Sequence record: SRR22947725_241
Length of the DNA: 56,047 nucleotides
Reading direction: 5' to 3' (one strand)
Shown here: positions 31,103-39,882 of the stretch, one piece after another
Position numbering within the stretch: the first letter of the stretch is position 1
Layout of the letters: every line of letters begins with the position of its first letter
The notes under the pieces: model-generated
Databases searched by the model: none
What the model was told of the DNA's origin: nothing
Seen by the model: only the letters and a program-made list of their open reading frames with translations
Position numbers and translations under genes: made by a program

Positions 31103-32470
31103 CTACGAACCAGAGCGAGTCTTCAAATCGAGCCATTCTTTCCCATAGGAATCCTTGAACCAAGACGAATTGTATTTGCGAAGTCCGAACGCACAGTATG
31201 CCGTACTTAGCCCTTCTCCAAGACGTTTAGAAAACATTTTACTCTCAACTTCGTCTGTCGTGAACTCAGCAGAAACAACATCCATCACCCGCTGCTCAAA
31301 CTCCACTTTACCGAGCAGAAAACGCTCGGACTCAACACAAACCTTGAGCTGCCGCAGTGCCTCGTCAATCGCCAAGATGCGGACGGGCTGTCCTCTCTCG
31401 TAGCGGCGGTAGTTCGACGAGACAGTCTTGGGCTTGTCCTTGCATTTATATTTCTTCTTTGCTTTATCGGAATCTTTTTTGAGTTTCTTGAACTCTTTAT
31501 GAAACTCTGCAAGGTCATCCAAACCCGGCTTGATCCGAAATGAGGGATCAAGTAAATCCTGTTTTAAGGCATTCACAACAGAATCTTTCGCGCGATCACC
31601 AACCATCGCCTCAGCGATAAACAGAATCAGTTCTTCACGCCTGAACTCAAGATGGGATGTGTATCGCGTCTTTTGCAAAGCACCCACACAAGAGCGATAC
31701 GTACTGGTGGTCACCTTGGTGTCTGCAATCGCCCGCTCAACAATCTCCTCAACATCCTCGCGCTGTTCGATCGGCAATGTTTGAAGCAGCGATAACGCTC
31801 TTGGTTTCCCAATAACCCAGCGGACTAAGGCACGCTTCTTTGCCCCTTGAACAAATCGCTTGTCATAGCTTTTATCGCCTGATGATTTCATCAGAGAGTT
31901 GATAGCGATCGGAATTTCTAGGGAGCAGTGGCTGAGCACCTCATGGGCAACATTTCCCGGATCCGACAACGACGATTTCTTAAGACGGGCCAACACGTCA
32001 TCGACGCGTTCATGACTAAACGCATCCCAACATGACTGAATGCGAGAGCTAACGAACGTTCTGTAGTCTTTGCGGAGGAAGCACCATGCCCTTAAAACCA
32101 AAACTCCATCGTCATATTCGTACACTTCTTCGGTTCGAATCATCCGGGACGATGATTCACCTGTTTTGCTGACGTAATTGATCTGCAGTGTATCTGAGAC
32201 GAGAAACTTATTGCAACAGATCGGGCTTTTGTTGATTGCCTCAATCTCGACTGTTGTGCCCTGAACTCCCGAGGCCAGCGGCAGATCAGCTTTGGAGCCC
32301 TTGAATCGCTCAAAAAGTGGAGTGGCAGCTCTGGTCGAAGAGCGAGACAGGGTGCGGGCTCCTTTTAAGCCGCCATAAGGCCTAACACGCAGGGCGTGTC
32401 TGAGGTTTTCATAGGACGACTCCCCAATGACACGTTTCAGCAATTGACGCGCAGATGCCCTTAATCCCAT
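31103..32470 (-). CDS. WYL-domain protein with a TerB-like helical region and an unknown C-terminal domain
   Basis: LQINYVSKTGESSSRMI...LRAWCFLRKDYRTFVSSRI matches the WYL core; no N-terminal HTH is evident. Confidence 0.78.
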   Translation of the reverse strand: MGLRASARQLLKRVIGESSYENLRHALRVRPYGGLKGARTLSRSSTRAATPLFERFKGSKADLPLASGVQGTTVEIEAINKSPICCNKFLVSDTLQINYVSKTGESSSRMIRTEEVYEYDDGVLVLRAWCFLRKDYRTFVSSRIQSCWDAFSHERVDDVLARLKKSSLSDPGNVAHEVLSHCSLEIPIAINSLMKSSGDKSYDKRFVQGAKKRALVRWVIGKPRALSLLQTLPIEQREDVEEIVERAIADTKVTTSTYRSCVGALQKTRYTSHLEFRREELILFIAEAMVGDRAKDSVVNALKQDLLDPSFRIKPGLDDLAEFHKEFKKLKKDSDKAKKKYKCKDKPKTVSSNYRRYERGQPVRILAIDEALRQLKVCVESERFLLGKVEFEQRVMDVVSAEFTTDEVESKMFSKRLGEGLSTAYCAFGLRKYNSSWFKDSYGKEWLDLKTRSGS

Positions 32471-32695
32471 CTCAGATCAACAACGTTTTCAGAGTTTAAA
32501 CCGGTCAAAATGATTCGGCCTAACGGGCAGCACCACCTCAAAGCCCAAGACGAGGGCTCCATCCCACAAAGAATTCAATCAATCAAGCCAAACGGGTTCT
32601 CGTTTGAAATAAATTCACTCAACTGCCAAGCATCCATAGACAACGATGCATGAGCATTAATCGATTAAAGTTTATTAATTAACAACGAGTTTACG

Positions 32696-33235
32696 ATGAT
32701 TTCAAACAATTCACAGAACAGAAGGCATCGCATTGAAGCCAACTTTGAACGTTGGCTATGGCGCTTTCGCCTGATCAGCATTATTCCTGTTTTAATGAGT
32801 CTTTTAGGCAGTATAAGCTGCTTCGCACTCGGCACTCAGGAGGAATTATCCGCACTGCACAAACTTTTTTATGGCCATTTCGACTCCGAAAAGAGTATTC
32901 TCCTTCTTGGAAAAGTGGTGGGAGGAATTGATTACTATGTCATTGGAATTGCATTGCTTATTTTCGGCTATGGCGTCTACGAGCTAATTATTTCCGATAT
33001 CGACCCACGTTTGCAAGACCTTACTAACGACAGAAGAAATATTCTTAGCATCAATTCCCTCGAAAGCTTGAAGCAAAAACTAACCAACGTTATTATTGTC
33101 GCCTTAATTGTTACAGCATTTAAGCTAATGATCAGCTTCGAAGTCGATTCAATTTCCGAAGTGCTTCAGTATTGTGGATGCGTTTTAATGCTTTCATTTA
33201 GCGCGTGGCTTGTTGGCAAAAATGACAACCACTAA
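32696..33235 (+). CDS. YqhA/UPF0114 family membrane protein
   Basis: FERWLWRFR, IDYYVIGIALLIFGYGVYELIISDID, SLESLKQKL. Confidence 0.88.
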   Translation: MISNNSQNRRHRIEANFERWLWRFRLISIIPVLMSLLGSISCFALGTQEELSALHKLFYGHFDSEKSILLLGKVVGGIDYYVIGIALLIFGYGVYELIISDIDPRLQDLTNDRRNILSINSLESLKQKLTNVIIVALIVTAFKLMISFEVDSISEVLQYCGCVLMLSFSAWLVGKNDNH

Positions 33236-33538
33236 TAGATCCTAAACAATGATCATAAAATCTTCAAAAGCAATCTACAGGACTTAGATATAAGCGCCGA
33301 ATAAGTTATTAAATCGATAAAGTTTAAGCCCAAAACACCTTATATTTCAAAACCCAAGCACTAGCTTGATGCCTTACAGGCCTCACTGCTGTAATGAATC
33401 AAGCTAAGTGGCTTCACTCAAGTTGGCCAAAATCTTCATGACCCGACACTTAAACAATTTCAAATGAATTTTTATTGTTCTTTGTTGTCTTACAACTGGC
33501 ATCACATCCAAGATTGAAGGAATAAAACGTACGTAAAA

Positions 33539-34285
33539 TTGAAAGTCCCGGAAATCCCGATAAATGAAGCAGAGCGCCTGAAAGCACTCAGTGAATACAG
33601 GATTCTTGGGACAAAACCTGAACAGAGTTACGACGATATTACAAAAATAGCTTCTCTCACCTGCGAAACACCGATCGCCCTCCTCAGCCTGGTCGATACC
33701 GATCGCCAATGGTTCAAATCAAAAGTGGGCGTTGATGTTGAAGAAACAGTACGAGACTGGTCGTTCTGTGCCCATGCGATTCACTCCCCTGATCCTTTAA
33801 TTATTGAAGATGCCCTTGAAGATGAGCGTTTTGTTGATAATCCGCTTGTACAAGGAGAGCCTCATATCAGGCTTTATGCAGGCTTTCCTTTACAAAACGA
33901 CCAAAATCATCGTATTGGGACCCTTTGCGTCATTGATCGAAAACCCCATGGCCTAACGGATAATCAGTACAACGTCATGGAATCACTTGCAAGGCAAGCC
34001 GTTTCTTTTCTTGAATTAAGGAAACGATCAATCAAGCTGATTGAATCTTTTTGCTCGCTAACAGAAGCAGGAGGCACCATCAGCACTTGTTCCTACTGCA
34101 GAAAAGCAAAAGATACGAGTGGTCACTGGATGCATCTCGATAAATATTTATCATCACGCACCAATTTAAACTTCAGCCATGGAATTTGTGATATATGCAT
34201 TGAAGAACATTTCCCTGACGTACTTCAAGCCTGGAAAGCAGAAGAGCAAGCCAAGGTCAAAGAGGAATCAATACGTTCAAAGTAA
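33539..34285 (+). CDS. GAF-domain protein with a C-terminal CxxC...HGICxxC module
   Basis: EAERLKAL, RQWFKS, SFCAHAI, IRLYAGFPL, GTLCVID; TCSYCRK...FSHGICDIC. Confidence 0.9.
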   Translation: MKVPEIPINEAERLKALSEYRILGTKPEQSYDDITKIASLTCETPIALLSLVDTDRQWFKSKVGVDVEETVRDWSFCAHAIHSPDPLIIEDALEDERFVDNPLVQGEPHIRLYAGFPLQNDQNHRIGTLCVIDRKPHGLTDNQYNVMESLARQAVSFLELRKRSIKLIESFCSLTEAGGTISTCSYCRKAKDTSGHWMHLDKYLSSRTNLNFSHGICDICIEEHFPDVLQAWKAEEQAKVKEESIRSK

Positions 34286-34634
34286 TTTGAATTCAAGCCA
34301 ATGATTAGCCATACCTAGACAAAATATTGCAACGATCGAGCTGAGAGTAATACCAACCAAAATGGCCAGAAGACAGCAAACAGTTCCTGATCTTTTTATA
34401 CGAAGAGGAAGAACTTCCAGTTGAAGTCGAAAAAGAACTGCTGAAGAGGACTTTGGATGAGCATCGAAACGATGTCGTGTTGTGCAGGCTCAGAAGGCAC
34501 CTTCGAGACACAAAAAAGGGGACGGTATCCCTATCGCCCCCAAAGAATTGAAAGTGTTGCCCGGAGCAATACGACCAAGCAACCACCACCATCACCGATG
34601 AGCAGGTGGTGCCGTGGCTGCCGTGAGCGTTTTC

Positions 34635-34668
34635 AAAAAAAAGACCCAGGAGTGCTTGACCTCCTGGG
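34635..34668 (-). terminator. Rho-independent terminator
   Basis: 8-bp stem CCCAGGAG/CTCCTGGG followed by a T-run on the minus strand. Confidence 0.7.
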
Positions 34669-34944
34669 ACAGTTCTCATGACGCGACCGGCCCAAGGCCA
34701 ATCCCTAAGCATTATTACTCACGGAGTGCCGGCCGTCGTCAACGATGAGCGCCAGCACCCCAAACGACAGGAAGGTTCGACAAGGCACAAAAAAGGGCAA
34801 ACAAATAGGAAAGTCTCCCCAGAGGTCTTTCCGCCTCCTAACGAGATGCCATATACCGAATCACTCCCAGGGTGACCATCAGCACGATCCCTACATTCCA
34901 AATGGTCGAGGAAGAAAGCATTCGGACATAAAAGTCGTTGAGTC

Positions 34945-35125
34945 CTAGTTTCTCGACTGGTAAGTCTCTGACCTCATCTCTTGCTTCATAGCAACGAAAC
35001 CAAAGGCAATTGCTGCAAGGGAGATGGCAGAAACAACAGTGGCAGAGATCTGGATGAGGCCATAGGCGAGCATCGCTTTCTTCTTGCCACCACAATTCTG
35101 CTTGCTGGAGTTCTCATCGATCAAG
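34945..35125 (-). pseudogene. Truncated small membrane protein of a picocyanobacterial island family
   Basis: CGGKKKAMLAYGLIQISATVVSAISLAAIAFG; homologues as recalled continue to a ...CNGG C-terminus that is absent here. Confidence 0.45.
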
Positions 35126-35421
35126 ACTCGAAAATGTCTGTGATGAACGATTTGGATCATGGATGTGCCCCTGAGACACATTTCAAAAGGGATAACCGCC
35201 CATAAGTTCAGACCCTGGGAACAATGTGAGAGACCAGATCGGCATTGATCCATCTGACCGTTCCGTCATCAACATCTACCACCTGAAAAAGGGTTGAGGC
35301 CTTGGTTTTTTTTTGACCCCCATCGACATGAATGACATCTGCCATCCACCAGGAGTGATACCTAAAAGATTGCTCTTAAGAACCTTTATAAGCAAAGAGA
35401 CCAGGCAAATTTGGAGTTGGC

Positions 35422-35484
35422 ATGCAACAAGTAAAAATCAGTTCAGTCCAATACGAAATGCTTGTGGCATTAGGCAAACGATGA
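35422..35484 (+). pseudogene. Fragment of a small RHH/CopG-like protein (MQQVKISSVQYEMLVALGKR*)
   Basis: GGAG 5 nt before the ATG; strand-then-helix pattern; early TGA. Confidence 0.35.
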
Positions 35485-35592
35485 AAGCACTTGCCCCCAA
35501 CAGGTGTTTTCAATGCCTGTGTAGACAATGAGTTTGATACAAAATTATCTCTTTAAGCGTGTATATTGAAACACCAAAAAATATCTTGGCAC

Positions 35593-36141
35593 CTACATCT
35601 CACAATCAATAATGTCTTCTAGCTTGAACAGTGAAATGAATTCAATTTTATTAGCATCCCATATCTCATGGTCGTCTTGTCTATCAACTATTGCAACGAC
35701 GCGATTTACAACATAACCTGCTTCTCTCAAAACATTCACTGCTTTAACTGCACCACCTCCTGTAATAGTTACATCATCCAATACTGTAACTATTGAACCT
35801 TTCGGTGGTTTATTCCCTTCAATAACTTCTTTTGTTCCATATTCTTTTGGATTTTTTCTTACAATCAATGCATCTATATGCTTGCCAGTGTAATACGCTT
35901 TCTGCGCAATACCACAAACTAAAGGGTCAGCACCTAGCGTAAGTCCGCCGACTGCTACAGAATTATCTTCAACGTGCTCTATCATTAAATGCGAGCAAAG
36001 TGCATTACCTTCACACGATAACGTAACAGGTTTACAATTCATATAATGCTCTGATTCTTTGCCAGACGACAAAGTAAATTTACCGTGCCTATATGCTCTT
36101 TCTTTCAAGAGGTGGAGCAATGTTTTTCTATGTTTTTCCAT
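35593..36141 (-). CDS. pyrE: Orotate phosphoribosyltransferase, cyanophage-like
   Basis: FTLSSGKES, GGLTLGADP, IVRKNPKEYG loop, VLDDVTITGG PRPP motif; strongly AT-rich codons. Confidence 0.93.
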   Translation of the reverse strand: MEKHRKTLLHLLKERAYRHGKFTLSSGKESEHYMNCKPVTLSCEGNALCSHLMIEHVEDNSVAVGGLTLGADPLVCGIAQKAYYTGKHIDALIVRKNPKEYGTKEVIEGNKPPKGSIVTVLDDVTITGGGAVKAVNVLREAGYVVNRVVAIVDRQDDHEIWDANKIEFISLFKLEDIIDCEM

Positions 36142-36147
36142 GGTCGC

Positions 36148-36175
36148 ATTATACCAGAAAAATTTATTCCTGCAA
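36148..36175 (-). promoter_or_regulatory. Sigma70-type promoter TTGCAG-N16-TATAAT with an extended TG, predicting a leaderless pyrE transcript
   Basis: -10 at 36153-36148, 6 nt before the ATG at 36141; -35 at 36175-36170. Confidence 0.7.
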
Positions 36176-36281
36176 CTAGCAACTCTTTATTTAAGTCCTT
36201 TGCCATGCCAACACCTATCTCTGAACCTTGATTACCCGCAAACATTGTTACCCAACCAGCAGCAACCCAACCATTAATGGG
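36176..36281 (-). pseudogene. 3' fragment of a glycine-zipper protein resembling a T4-like cyanophage gene
   Basis: PINGWVAAGWVTMFAGNQGSEIGVGMAKDLNK; removing one A gives ...LNKSC-TAG; no start codon. Confidence 0.55.
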
Positions 36282-36462
36282 ATTTAAAGCGATACTGGTA
36301 TCAACTCCGAGCCCCCCAGCAGGTATTTTTTAATGTCTGTAAATCAATGATGGGTCCATTTGGCCTCCACTGTATGTCTTTTTAGACCAATATTCTATTT
36401 TCTCAAAAAAATCCCCCAGGATTTTTTTGAGGTCCCAGGGGTCAAGTCATCAGTCAAAGTTT

Positions 36463-36774
36463 TTATTTCTGACCGAGTAGGTCTTGCCAACGTTGGACCA
36501 TAAACTTCAGACGTGTTTTCTTCCTATCTCTTGGGTCTTTGTTGTGCTCCTCGCTCCATACCTTGAGAAGATTCCACTCGTCCCTTACTTTTTTTAGAGA
36601 CCACTTCCCAACTCCTTGTCCATAGACACCAATACGGACATCCACCACAGAACTCTTCCGTCAAGGGGGAAACCACATCCGACCCATCACAAGGAAGAGG
36701 GAATCAACGCAACTTTGCTTTTGCCTCTTCTCCGTTGCCTTAAAGCAACGAACTTGTAAGTCAGAGAGGGACAC
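36463..36774 (-). pseudogene. Tyrosine integrase remnant (arm-type DNA-binding domain)
   Basis: MSLSDLQVRCFKATEKRQKQSCVDSLFLVMGRMWFPP*RKSSVVDVRIGVYGQGVGKWSLKKVRDEW; in-frame TGA at 36663-36661; no catalytic domain. Confidence 0.8.
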
Positions 36775-36783
36775 CTAAAGATT

Positions 36784-36807
36784 CCACACACACATCCACC
36801 CACACAT
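36784..36807. repeat. 12-bp direct repeat CCAC(A/C)CACACAT x2, candidate integrase arm-type sites
   Basis: Lies between the tRNA 3' end and the integrase start. Confidence 0.55.
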
Positions 36808-36918
36808 TTGCGGGAAAACCTGGTTTCTCCTGGGATAAACCAAGACCACTAAGCACTAAAAAGTCCCTCACCGCAATAGGTTTGGGACATCAGAAGACCT
36901 TTCAGGACTGACTTAGAA

Positions 36919-37005
36919 CGGAGAGGGAGGGATTCGAACCCTCGAGGGTGTTACCCCTACACGATTTCGAGTCGTGCGCGATCAACCGGGCTCTGCCACC
37001 TCTCC
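36919..37005 (-). tRNA. tRNA-Ser(CGA)
   Basis: Reverse complement GGAGAGG...CCTCTCCG; anticodon arm CACGA-CTCGAAA-TCGTG; long variable arm. Confidence 0.97.
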
Positions 37006-37032
37006 ATAACGTCAAAAAGACGCCCAACGATC

Positions 37033-38871
37033 TTAGAGGCCCACCCCCATGGGGTCTTTCGCCTCATGACGACGCAACCAACGTTGCTGATCACCTGTGG
37101 GACGAAAACCCAGCCATGTTCCTGCCCATCGACCTGATCCAGCACCAACCGAACGCTTTAGGGCCCAAAGCGCCTGAGGCGTGGCCAACAGACGCCATCG
37201 CTGCTGGCCAGCTTGCAACTGGAACGCCTGCCCCCTGTTGGTCAGCAACGAAAGCGCAAGACCATCGCTTTGCAAGCGTTGTCCCCTAACCAGGGGCAGT
37301 CGTCCCTGATGGGGAGCCTGGACATGCTCCGCAATCGAGCTCCAGCAGGCCATCGCCTCCGAAGCCACAGGATCCAACAGAACAATCCAATCCAAGCGTC
37401 GATGGCCATGGGCATGGGCCAGTTGCTTCGCAACGCGACAACTGTGCGAATCGGCATTGGTGCTCACTAAGGCCGCCCTACCGCGATGGCGGGCCAGCAG
37501 CCAGTGACGTCCAAACCGCGTCGCGGCCACAACGCCATCCCCCAGCTGCACAACGCCATGGAGCACAACGGCGCTGACAAGAGCCACGACGGCCACACCA
37601 CGCAGTCTGCGCAACGGGGTGATGAGCCAAGGGATCAACCCAACGACCATCAAAAACACCACCCAAGGCTGCGGGTGACCGGTGAGCAATTGAGCCGCGG
37701 GCCAATGGCTAATCCAGTGCACCAAAGCGATCAAAAGTCCCGCCAGCTGCTGCACGGGCCAGGCCAACACCACCAAAAATGGGTGCGGCAAGATCAAGGC
37801 CATCACCGCTAAGCCCATCGCCGACAAGGTGAGGGGAGCCAATAAGGGCGCAGCCAGCAGATTGGCCACGAGCGCATAAAGCGGTGTGGATCCGAAATGC
37901 AGCAGTTGCAGCGGCAGGGTCCAAACCAAGGCCGCGCAAGACACCGCGATCCCGGAAGCCAGCCAACGCATCCGCGATGGACAGCTCAGCAAGAGATGTT
38001 TCTCGAAGCCTGGGGCCGACAGGGTGAGACCAGCCGTGGCGGCAGCACTGAGCTGAAAGCCAATGGAGTGAGCCCAAGCGGGACGAAACAACAACATCAG
38101 GATCAAGGTGAGTAGCAACACCCCCACACCCCGACTGCGCTGATCCGATTCGCGGATGAGCAGGGCGGTCGCCCCCATCAACACCGCACGAACCACCGAT
38201 GGTTGCCCCCCCGCGAGGGTGAGAAAAACGATCAAGGCACAACATCCGAGCAACACCCGCAACGGACGCGATAAGCCGCGGCCAACGGCCAAGACGGAGC
38301 CAAGAACAACCGACAAATGAAATCCAGACGCCGCTAAGGCATGGGATAAACCAGCCACACGAAAGGCTTCGCGCAACTCAGCCGGAAGTTGGACCTGGGC
38401 GCTGCCGAGGACCAGGGCCGCGAGCAAACCACCACGTTGGGGACCCGCCACCTGCTGAAACCGTGCGGCAATCGACCGACGTGCATCCGCAATAGGAGTC
38501 CAGGATTTGTGCAACACCTGCCACTGGCGCGCCCGAAGTTGACTCCAACTACCGAGCCGTTGGAGACGCTTTGCAGGCCCGAACACAAGGGGGTGAACAC
38601 TGGACTGCGGTGCCGCCAACGCGCCAGTCAATTTCAACTGCCAGCCCTGCTGTGGAGGGTTTGGGCAGGGTCGTAAAACAACCTCGGTTAAACCTCGGTA
38701 GCGCCGGCCATCGATGCGTTCCACATCGATCAAGGCAGAACAGCTGGTTTCAAACACTCGAGCATCGGCTTGCAACCGACCGATGAGCTCAACTGTGCGG
38801 CCAATCAACAGGGATGGATCTTGCGCGCCTGGTGATGGTGCCCCCCAAAGCAGCCCCTTGAGCAGCAACAA
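37033..38871 (-). CDS. comEC: ComEC/Rec2 DNA uptake channel
   Basis: GLSHALAASGFH, SVVRAVLM, GFQLSAAAT, ANLLAAP; start uncertain. Confidence 0.9.
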   Translation of the reverse strand: MLLLKGLLWGAPSPGAQDPSLLIGRTVELIGRLQADARVFETSCSALIDVERIDGRRYRGLTEVVLRPCPNPPQQGWQLKLTGALAAPQSSVHPLVFGPAKRLQRLGSWSQLRARQWQVLHKSWTPIADARRSIAARFQQVAGPQRGGLLAALVLGSAQVQLPAELREAFRVAGLSHALAASGFHLSVVLGSVLAVGRGLSRPLRVLLGCCALIVFLTLAGGQPSVVRAVLMGATALLIRESDQRSRGVGVLLLTLILMLLFRPAWAHSIGFQLSAAATAGLTLSAPGFEKHLLLSCPSRMRWLASGIAVSCAALVWTLPLQLLHFGSTPLYALVANLLAAPLLAPLTLSAMGLAVMALILPHPFLVVLAWPVQQLAGLLIALVHWISHWPAAQLLTGHPQPWVVFLMVVGLIPWLITPLRRLRGVAVVALVSAVVLHGVVQLGDGVVAATRFGRHWLLARHRGRAALVSTNADSHSCRVAKQLAHAHGHRRLDWIVLLDPVASEAMACWSSIAEHVQAPHQGRLPLVRGQRLQSDGLALSLLTNRGQAFQLQAGQQRWRLLATPQALWALKRSVGAGSGRWAGTWLGFRPTGDQQRWLRRHEAKDPMGVGL

Positions 38872-38969
38872 CAGGCAAAGCCCGCAGGCGATGTAATCAA
38901 CAGATAGACGCTTTGGCAGACCGCTCCGAGCAGCTCAGGGGAGTGTTCCCCGCCAGCCATCGCTGGTGG

Positions 38970-39842
38970 TTAGTCACTTGGGAGCAGCGGAAAGCCCAAG
39001 GACTCTCGTTCGGCCAACCAGCCCTCTGCCACCTTGCGAGCCAGGTTGCGAATGCGACCGATGGTGGCGGTACGTTCCGTCACCGAGATCACACCACGCG
39101 CCTCAAGCAGGTTGAACGTGTGGCTGCACTTGAGTACAAAATCAAGGGCCGGTGCCGGCAACTGCTTGTCAATCAGGTCAGACGCCTCAGCCTCGTAGAT
39201 GGAGAACAGTTGCTTGAGCCGCTCTGGGTTGGAGGCCTCAAAGTTGTACTGGCATTGACCTTTTTCGAAGGGAAGCCAAATGTCGCCGTACTTACGGTCG
39301 GCATTCCAGCTCAGATCCCAAATGCTCTCCACATCCTGGAGATACATGGCCAAACGCTCAAGGCCGTAGGTGATCTCAATCGAGACGGGCTTGCAATCCA
39401 ACCCGCCGCATTGTTGGAAATAGGTGAATTGGGTGACTTCCATGCCATCCAGCCACACCTCCCAGCCCACACCCCAGGCCCCAAGGGTGGGGGATTCCCA
39501 GTTGTCCTCAACAAAGCGAATGTCGTGATCAGCCGCCTTAATTCCCAACGCCTCTAGGGAGGCGAGGTAGGTCTCCTGAATCGAATCCGGTGAGGGTTTG
39601 ATCAGCACCTGATATTGGAAATAATGCTGAGCTCGGTTGGGGTTATCTCCATAGCGGCCATCCGTCGGACGGCGACAGGGCTCGGGGTAAGCCACAGCCC
39701 AGGGCTCAGGCCCAATGGCACGAAGCACCGTATGGGGACTCATCGTGCCCGCCCCTTTTTCCGTGTCGTAGGGCTGCAGCAACAAACAGCCTTGGTTGGC
39801 CCAAAAGCTGTTCAGCGTGCTGATGATGTCTTGGAAGTGCAC
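38970..39842 (-). CDS. glyQ: Glycine--tRNA ligase alpha subunit
   Basis: [30 protein letters not shown]. Confidence 0.98.
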   Translation of the reverse strand: MHFQDIISTLNSFWANQGCLLLQPYDTEKGAGTMSPHTVLRAIGPEPWAVAYPEPCRRPTDGRYGDNPNRAQHYFQYQVLIKPSPDSIQETYLASLEALGIKAADHDIRFVEDNWESPTLGAWGVGWEVWLDGMEVTQFTYFQQCGGLDCKPVSIEITYGLERLAMYLQDVESIWDLSWNADRKYGDIWLPFEKGQCQYNFEASNPERLKQLFSIYEAEASDLIDKQLPAPALDFVLKCSHTFNLLEARGVISVTERTATIGRIRNLARKVAEGWLAERESLGFPLLPSD

Positions 39843-39882
39843 TGGGGGGCGCGGGTGCCTGAGGCCTGATTCTGCCGAGTGG

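Larger units (their letters stand above)
29830..36918. mobile_element. Genomic island / decayed integrative element at the 3' end of tRNA-Ser(CGA)
   Basis: Integrase remnant next to the tRNA 3' end, AT-rich genes, phage-like pyrE and many fragments. Left border is approximate; no att repeat found. Confidence 0.75.

Noticed and set aside
29830-36918. Intact prophage or active mobile element with an att duplication
   Set aside because: No structural, packaging or replication genes; the integrase is broken; no second copy of the tRNA-Ser 3' end was seen by eye.
36948-37289. ORFs overlapping tRNA-Ser and the comEC 3' end
   Set aside because: They are shadow frames of the tRNA and comEC with no recognisable motifs.
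38913-39557. 214-aa plus-strand ORF, and similar long antisense ORFs throughout the window
   Set aside because: They mirror well-supported genes on the opposite strand, as expected from codon bias in GC-rich DNA.
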